From: Halothiobacillaceae bacterium UBA5861 | GTDB lineage: Bacteria; Pseudomonadota; Gammaproteobacteria; UBA5861 | DNA: 64,000 bases | Reading direction: 5' to 3' | Assembly: GCA_002432635.1 (NCBI GenBank) | Contig: DJFX01000043.1 | Span: forward strand, 90,173 to 154,172 | Shown here: in pieces, positions 58,998-64,000 of the stretch | How the letters are laid out: the number at the start of each line of letters is the position of its first letter | Position numbering within the stretch: position 1 is the first letter of the stretch | The notes under the pieces: model-generated | Databases searched by the model: none | Told to the model about the DNA's origin: nothing | What the model saw: only the letters and a program-made list of their open reading frames with translations | Translations under genes and position numbers: made by a program

Positions 58998-59857
58998 GTG
59001 AAAACAAGCCAAAATACGGGTTTACCGACGAGGACTTGAAAGTCGTCTCAACCGTTTATGACAAAACAATTTTGAAAGGCAAGCGCGTGTTGGTTTCTGG
59101 TGCCGGTAGTGGCATCGGGAAGGCGATTGCAGCATTGTTTGCACGTTTAGGTGCGGATTTAATTATTTGTGGACGCAAACAGGAAAAGCTGGACAGCGCG
59201 AAAGTTCTATTTGAATCATTGGGCGCTAAGGTGTTGACGTATTCCGTCAATATTCGTGATACGGACCAAGTGGAGACCATGATGGATTCCGTTTGGGAAG
59301 CCTGGGGTGGTATCGACATTCTGGTTAATAATGCGGGTGGTCAATTTCCCATGCCAGCGATCGATATCCCTGTTAAGGGTTGGAATGCAGTGATTGATAA
59401 TAACCTCAACGGTACCTGGTTCATGATGCAAAATGCAGCCAAACGTTGGCGTGATCACCAGCAGCCCGGCAACATCATCAATATTGTGATTGTTATTGAC
59501 CGGGGAGCTGTTGGCGTTGCTCATACGTGTGCCGCGCGCGCCGGCATTATTTATATGTCCAAAAGCATGGCAGTTGAGTGGGCGGAGTATAATATCCGGG
59601 TCAATTGTGTCGCTCCGGGTGCGATAGAAAGCAATGGCTTTAACCACTATCCAGAGGAAGGCGTGAAAACCTTTTATGAATGTAATCCGATGCTGGATGT
59701 CGGCGATGCTAACGATATTGCCCAAGCTGTCGTTTATTTTGCGGCCGACTCAGGTAAGTTTGTTACAGGCGAACTTATCAATGTTGATGGCGGTGGGCGG
59801 CTCTGGGGAGATATGTGGACAACAGGAACGCCGGACTATTTTAGTTTAAAGGATTAG
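58994..59857 (+). CDS. SDR oxidoreductase, PECR/DECR-like (tandem paralogue)
   Basis: 287 aa from the ATG at 58994 (MSENKPKYGFTDED), with GGAGGG upstream. The ATG overlaps the previous stop (ATGA). By eye it is more than half identical to the upstream gene. Confidence 0.8.
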   Translation: MSENKPKYGFTDEDLKVVSTVYDKTILKGKRVLVSGAGSGIGKAIAALFARLGADLIICGRKQEKLDSAKVLFESLGAKVLTYSVNIRDTDQVETMMDSVWEAWGGIDILVNNAGGQFPMPAIDIPVKGWNAVIDNNLNGTWFMMQNAAKRWRDHQQPGNIINIVIVIDRGAVGVAHTCAARAGIIYMSKSMAVEWAEYNIRVNCVAPGAIESNGFNHYPEEGVKTFYECNPMLDVGDANDIAQAVVYFAADSGKFVTGELINVDGGGRLWGDMWTTGTPDYFSLKD

Positions 59858-59883
59858 CCGGCAGGTGTTCGTCCATTATCGAA

Positions 59884-59911
59884 GCTAGCCTGGACTAATT
59901 ACCAGGCTAGC
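59884..59911. terminator. Perfect 10-bp hairpin between the convergent SDR and FKBP genes (candidate bidirectional terminator)
   Basis: GCTAGCCTGG-actaatta-CCAGGCTAGC. The flanking U-tracts are weak. Confidence 0.45.
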
Positions 59912-59926
59912 GTTGTCCCAGCTACC

Positions 59927-60613
59927 TTAGTTTGTCTTTTGTGGTTGTTCTGCTTTTGCGACTTCAAGTAGCTCCACATCAAAAATCAATGTTTCGTTTG
60001 GCCCGATTTTTCCTCGGGTTCCACGCTCACCGTAAGCCAGGTCAGAGGGAATATAAAATTTGTATTTGGCACCGGGCTTCATTAACTGCAAGCCTTCTGT
60101 CCAACCCCCAATAACTTGGTTCAATGCAAATGTTGCCGGGCTGTTTCGCTGATAGGAACTATCAAACTCTTCTCCGTTGATCAGTGTACCTCGGTAGTGA
60201 ACGGTAACTGTATCGGTACTTTTGGGGCTTTCTCCGGAACCTTTTTCTATGACTTCGTACTGTAGGCCACTGGCGGTGGTGATGACGCCTTTCTTTTTTG
60301 CATTTTCTGCGAGGAAGGCTGTTCCTTGTTCTTTAGCTTCTTGTTGAGCTTTTTCGTAAACCGCTTTACTGGCTTTACGGACCAAGGTGGCGGCTTCGGC
60401 TTCGGCAAGCAGCGTCTTTTTGCCTTCGTAAGCCGTTTTCATTCCGGCTACGAGTTTTTCAAAGTCAATATCTTCATGCCCTTTCAAGAAACGGGCGCCA
60501 ACGATAACACCCAAGCTGTAGCTGAGTTCATCTTGCTCCGTTTTTAATTCCGTCGCTAAGACGGTGTGGGAGAAAAAAATTGTTACTAATGCGATGCTCA
60601 GATAGTTTTTCAT
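59927..60613 (-). CDS. FKBP-type peptidyl-prolyl cis-trans isomerase, periplasmic (FkpA/Mip-like)
   Basis: 228 aa with a signal peptide, an N-terminal dimerisation helix and an FKBP domain (VHYRGTLINGEEFDSS, GGWTEGL, LIFDVELL). Confidence 0.9.
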   Translation of the reverse strand: MKNYLSIALVTIFFSHTVLATELKTEQDELSYSLGVIVGARFLKGHEDIDFEKLVAGMKTAYEGKKTLLAEAEAATLVRKASKAVYEKAQQEAKEQGTAFLAENAKKKGVITTASGLQYEVIEKGSGESPKSTDTVTVHYRGTLINGEEFDSSYQRNSPATFALNQVIGGWTEGLQLMKPGAKYKFYIPSDLAYGERGTRGKIGPNETLIFDVELLEVAKAEQPQKTN

Positions 60614-60729
60614 TCAATTTAATCCATTAATTACTCACGGCTCGCCAAAGCATAGCGCATAATAGTCGTTTGGAATATGACTAGACGGTATGATTTTGTA
60701 CAGCTTGCCACATCTGCTGTGATCTTAAG

Positions 60730-62109
60730 GTGAGGTTCATGCCATATCGGTGGATAAGAGAGCTCAAGGCGACCGCAGCGCTAGCACTGCCTCTCATGAT
60801 TGGACACCTGTCCCACATGGGAATGGGGTTTACAGATACGCTCATGGCTGGGCGTTTGAGTGCCCTGGATTTGGCGGCTGTTGCGTTGGCCAATTCGATT
60901 TGGTTGCCTTTGTGGCTTTTTGTGCTCGGTCTGATGCTGGGCATTTCGCCCACTGTTGCACAGTGGTTTGGTGCAAAACAGTGGTGTGAAATTGGCATGT
61001 TTTTCCGGCAAGCCCTGTGGTTGGCGATTTTTTTGGGAGTCATCTTACATTTCACCTTGCAAGAAGCGCATCTTTTTTTGGTTTGGTTCGGGGTTGATCC
61101 TTCTCTTTGGGGAATCACCGCAGATTACCTCTATGCCCTCAGTTGGGGTGCGCCGTTTACCGCGCTATGGTTAGCGGGCCGGTTGACAAGTGAGGGAACG
61201 GGGCATACCCGCGTTATCATGTATGTGCAATTGGCTGCTTTGTGTATAAATGCACTGGCTGATTATGTTCTTATGTTTGGCGCTTGGGGCATGCCAGCGT
61301 ACGGTGCTGTGGGCGCTGGGTGGTCGACTACTGTGGTGATGTCATTCAGTGCATTGGTTTATTTTTTATACCTCTGCCGGAGCCAGCGTTACCAGCAATA
61401 TGGGTTATTTGAAAAATTTGATTGGCCCGACTGGCGTGTTCTGTTCAGTCAATTACGTTTGAATATCCCAATTGGCGTTGCTGTGGTGATGGAAGCCAGC
61501 TTGTTTGGTGGCGTCGCGTTGCTGATGGGCGGGCTGGGCGCTGTGCCACTGGCCGCCCATCAGATTGCCATCAACTATGCCAGTATGATGTTTATGATCC
61601 CGATGAGCTTAGGCTCAGCATTGACGGCTCGTATAGGGCAGGCAGTTGGTGCCGGGCAATTCAATGAGGCACGTTATATCGGCATGCTAGGGATGTTTAC
61701 AGGTGCACTTTTGATGACATTTTCTGGACTGATTATGGTGTTCTTTCCGGAAGTCATTGTGGGCGCTTATACGCGTGATGCGATTGTCACAGAGCTCGCG
61801 GTTTCGTTATTGTTTTTTGCCGCACTTTTCCAAATATGGGATGGTGTACAAGTTTGTGCCGCCGGTGCTTTGAGGGGCTTGAAGGATACCGCGATACCAG
61901 GGTTCATTACAGTCGTGGCGTATTGGGGTGTAGGGTTCCCCTGTGCCTGGTTTTTAGGCCTACAGCATGGAATGGGACCTGAAGGGTTATGGGTGGGTTT
62001 GTTGGCTGGTTTGTTTTTGGCTGCGATTTTGCTGAGCCTACGTTTTTATCGGGTGGCTCGGTATAACGTTGCTGAAGTGGATAAAGTCTTGGAAGTCAGC
62101 CGTGGTTGA
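60730..62109 (+). CDS. MATE family efflux transporter (NorM-like)
   Basis: 459 aa with 12 TM segments and the MATE motifs LALPLMIGHL and GTGHT. The start is either GTG at 60730 or ATG at 60739. Confidence 0.88.
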   Translation: MRFMPYRWIRELKATAALALPLMIGHLSHMGMGFTDTLMAGRLSALDLAAVALANSIWLPLWLFVLGLMLGISPTVAQWFGAKQWCEIGMFFRQALWLAIFLGVILHFTLQEAHLFLVWFGVDPSLWGITADYLYALSWGAPFTALWLAGRLTSEGTGHTRVIMYVQLAALCINALADYVLMFGAWGMPAYGAVGAGWSTTVVMSFSALVYFLYLCRSQRYQQYGLFEKFDWPDWRVLFSQLRLNIPIGVAVVMEASLFGGVALLMGGLGAVPLAAHQIAINYASMMFMIPMSLGSALTARIGQAVGAGQFNEARYIGMLGMFTGALLMTFSGLIMVFFPEVIVGAYTRDAIVTELAVSLLFFAALFQIWDGVQVCAAGALRGLKDTAIPGFITVVAYWGVGFPCAWFLGLQHGMGPEGLWVGLLAGLFLAAILLSLRFYRVARYNVAEVDKVLEVSRG

Positions 62110-62569
62110 TTCCCCGTGTGGCAAGTAAGTCTGCAATCGCATCAAGATTGGGGATGATGCTGGTTAAGCCGTTAATGTAAACATTTTCTTCAACAAAAGG
62201 GGACTCAACCCGATTTTCAAAAGCTTCAGATAAGCTGCTTTCGTCCAGGTATTCGAAACTAGGAACACTGGAGATACTGATAGCAAAAAATGGTAATTCT
62301 TCTCTGTGTTTGAGTGAATGTAAAACAATACAATGGCCTTTGGTATTGGGGGTAGATCCGCTGGCTATATTACACAGCTCTTCGAAGGATAAGAGTGGCA
62401 GGTTTTGTCCTCTCCAACTGATGTGACCGATCATCCATGAGGGTTTAATATCTGCGGACTGTTGGGCCGTTTGGTCGAATAAAATTTCCGCGACGAGGTT
62501 GTTTGGGATGACCAGCTTAGTTTGATTCGCCAGCGGGAGTAAGAGGCATTTTATTTGTGTTGTTTCCAT
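62096..62569 (-). CDS. CheW-like coupling protein (ChpC-like)
   Basis: The CheW-domain sequence starts at METTQIKCLLLPL. That ATG is 1 nt downstream of the ChpA-like stop. The longer ORF-track start at 62680 would overlap the upstream gene. Confidence 0.75.
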   Translation of the reverse strand: METTQIKCLLLPLANQTKLVIPNNLVAEILFDQTAQQSADIKPSWMIGHISWRGQNLPLLSFEELCNIASGSTPNTKGHCIVLHSLKHREELPFFAISISSVPSFEYLDESSLSEAFENRVESPFVEENVYINGLTSIIPNLDAIADLLATRGINHG

Positions 62570-62570
62570 T

Positions 62571-64000
62571 TTAGAGGCGTGCCTTTTTGGGTTCGGCGAG
62601 GGTGTCTTGAATAATATTGAGTAATTCGACTTCCTGATAAGGCTTACCGAGGTAGTGGTCGATACCAATTGATTCCGCACGTTCTTTATGCTTTTGGCCA
62701 GTCCGAGATGTAATCACGATGATGGGCATTGTTTGATACTGGCTATCATTGCGCAGGTAGGTAGCGAGCTCAAAACCATCCATCCGCGGCATTTCGATAT
62801 CCAGCAACATGACATCGACTTTGTTTTCTTTTAACACCGTGAGGGCTTCAATACCGTCTTTAGCGGTCAGAACGTTGAACCCATTCCTTATGAGCATACG
62901 TTCGGTGACCTTGCGAATGGTGATTGAGTCATCCACGATGATTGCGGTTTGTGAAACTTCGTTGGTTTCCGGCACTGCTTCAGCTGGGGTGAACTCAGGG
63001 GCTATAGGTTGTCTGATTTGAGGCCTGGCTTGTGAGGCAATGAGACCACCAACATCCAGCACCAGCACGACTTTGCCTTCTTCAATCAGTGTTGCACCAG
63101 GAATGCCTCGCAGATTGCTCAGCTGAGACCCTAGCGGTTTAATGACAATTTCTCTATGTCCTAGCAGCCTGTCCACATGTAAGGCTATTCGGCGGCCTCC
63201 CGATCTCAGCATGATCATATGTGCGATCAAACTGGTCTGAGGGGTAAAGGTGCCTTGTTCCAGCAAAGCCGTTAGTTGATGGAACTCATACTCATTCCCC
63301 GCATGGAGGTAAGGCTTGTCTGTATTGCTATAGAACGAGGTTAAATCGTTACTGGGAACGCGTTCAACCGCGTGAACCGCATTGACTGGAATGGCATAGA
63401 TGTTGTCGCCCGCCTCCACGAGTAGTACTTGAGTGATGGCAAGTGTTTGCGGTAATCGAATAGTAAAAGTGGTGCCTTGATTCGTTTGTGTTTCGATCTC
63501 AAGTGTGCCGCTAAGCTGCTTAATTTCCCGTTCAACAACATCCAGGCCAACACCGCGGCCGGAGACTTGGTCAACTTCCATGCTGGTGCTAAATCCGGGC
63601 GTCAGAAGAATGCTTAAAAGTTGCTCTTGTTGAGGGGTGTCATGGGCTTTTAAAAGCCCCTTTTCGATCGCCTTTTGCTGGATGGCATCAAAGTTGATTC
63701 CGCGACCGTCGTCTTTGACAGAGATCAGGATGTCTCCGCCGTCATATTTTAACTCGACTGTAATGAGCCCCGTTTCTGGTTTGTTCGCAGCCGATCGCTC
63801 TGTTGGGCGCTCAATGCCATGTGCAATGGCATTTCTGAGCATATGCTCCAAGGGCGGTAATATGTGTTCTTGGACAGAGCGGTCGATTTCATTATCCCCA
63901 CCTAAGATGGTTACGCTTGCTTTTTTGTTGAGTGACTGTGACGTTTGCCGAACAATTCGAGACAAGCGGCTTTCATTGCCCTCAAATCTAACCATGCGGG
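62571..64000 (-). CDS. ChpA/CheA-type hybrid histidine kinase, C-terminal part (HATPase, CheW-like and receiver domains). The N-terminus lies beyond the right window edge
   Basis: HATPase_c motifs (LEHMLRNAIAHGIE, DDGRGI, GRGVGLDVV), a CheW-like domain, and a C-terminal REC domain (IIVDDS...DIEMPRMDG). The frame is open to the window end. Confidence 0.88.
   Translation of the reverse strand, partial: RMVRFEGNESRLSRIVRQTSQSLNKKASVTILGGDNEIDRSVQEHILPPLEHMLRNAIAHGIERPTERSAANKPETGLITVELKYDGGDILISVKDDGRGINFDAIQQKAIEKGLLKAHDTPQQEQLLSILLTPGFSTSMEVDQVSGRGVGLDVVEREIKQLSGTLEIETQTNQGTTFTIRLPQTLAITQVLLVEAGDNIYAIPVNAVHAVERVPSNDLTSFYSNTDKPYLHAGNEYEFHQLTALLEQGTFTPQTSLIAHMIMLRSGGRRIALHVDRLLGHREIVIKPLGSQLSNLRGIPGATLIEEGKVVLVLDVGGLIASQARPQIRQPIAPEFTPAEAVPETNEVSQTAIIVDDSITIRKVTERMLIRNGFNVLTAKDGIEALTVLKENKVDVMLLDIEMPRMDGFELATYLRNDSQYQTMPIIVITSRTGQKHKERAESIGIDHYLGKPYQEVELLNIIQDTLAEPKKARL

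Overview
The window reads as a chromosomal segment of a Gammaproteobacterium with moderate GC. The lineage call rests on gene content and order: hrcA-grpE-dnaK-dnaJ, a Pil-Chp chemosensory tail, an ADP-heptose LPS-core cluster, and rpoD followed by an ileX-like tRNA. No genus can be assigned without a database search. I support about 60 CDS and 2 tRNAs, tRNA-Phe(GAA) and a CAU-anticodon tRNA that looks like lysidine-type tRNA-Ile2. I saw no rRNA, CRISPR array, transposase or integrase. Most genes are housekeeping: chaperones, gor, ubiA, rph/rdgB, birA/coaX, ilvE, glnE, murB, rpoD, the LPS core, and an Fe(3+) ABC transporter with a Fur-box-like site. The standout is a tightly coupled four-gene operon at about 19.7-22.1 kb. 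It encodes a small Sec-signal, 4-Cys DUF2282 peptide, a DUF692 (MNIO-family) enzyme, a DUF2063 partner and a DoxX membrane protein. This matches the recently recognised bufferin class of periplasmic RiPP metallophores, and it is normally annotated only as hypothetical or DUF proteins. A perfect 10-bp hairpin separates the precursor gene from the enzyme gene. A 361-bp upstream region carries an inverted repeat and direct repeats, and no cognate regulator gene is nearby. Secondary points of interest are listed here.
- sigma32-type promoters sit in front of grpE and dnaK even though hrcA is present, and no CIRCE element is visible.
- An apparently AT-richer islet lies downstream of tRNA-Ile2. It holds a tautomerase-like gene, a peroxiredoxin-like gene, a LysR gene and an orphan acidic secreted repeat peptide with a possibly RBS-sequestering 5' UTR.
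- There are tandem PECR-like SDR paralogues and tandem HDOD paralogues.
- A CoA-ligase / PrpD-family / citryl-CoA-lyase-like neighbourhood is present.
All calls come from reading the translations and the DNA by eye. No searches or computations were run.
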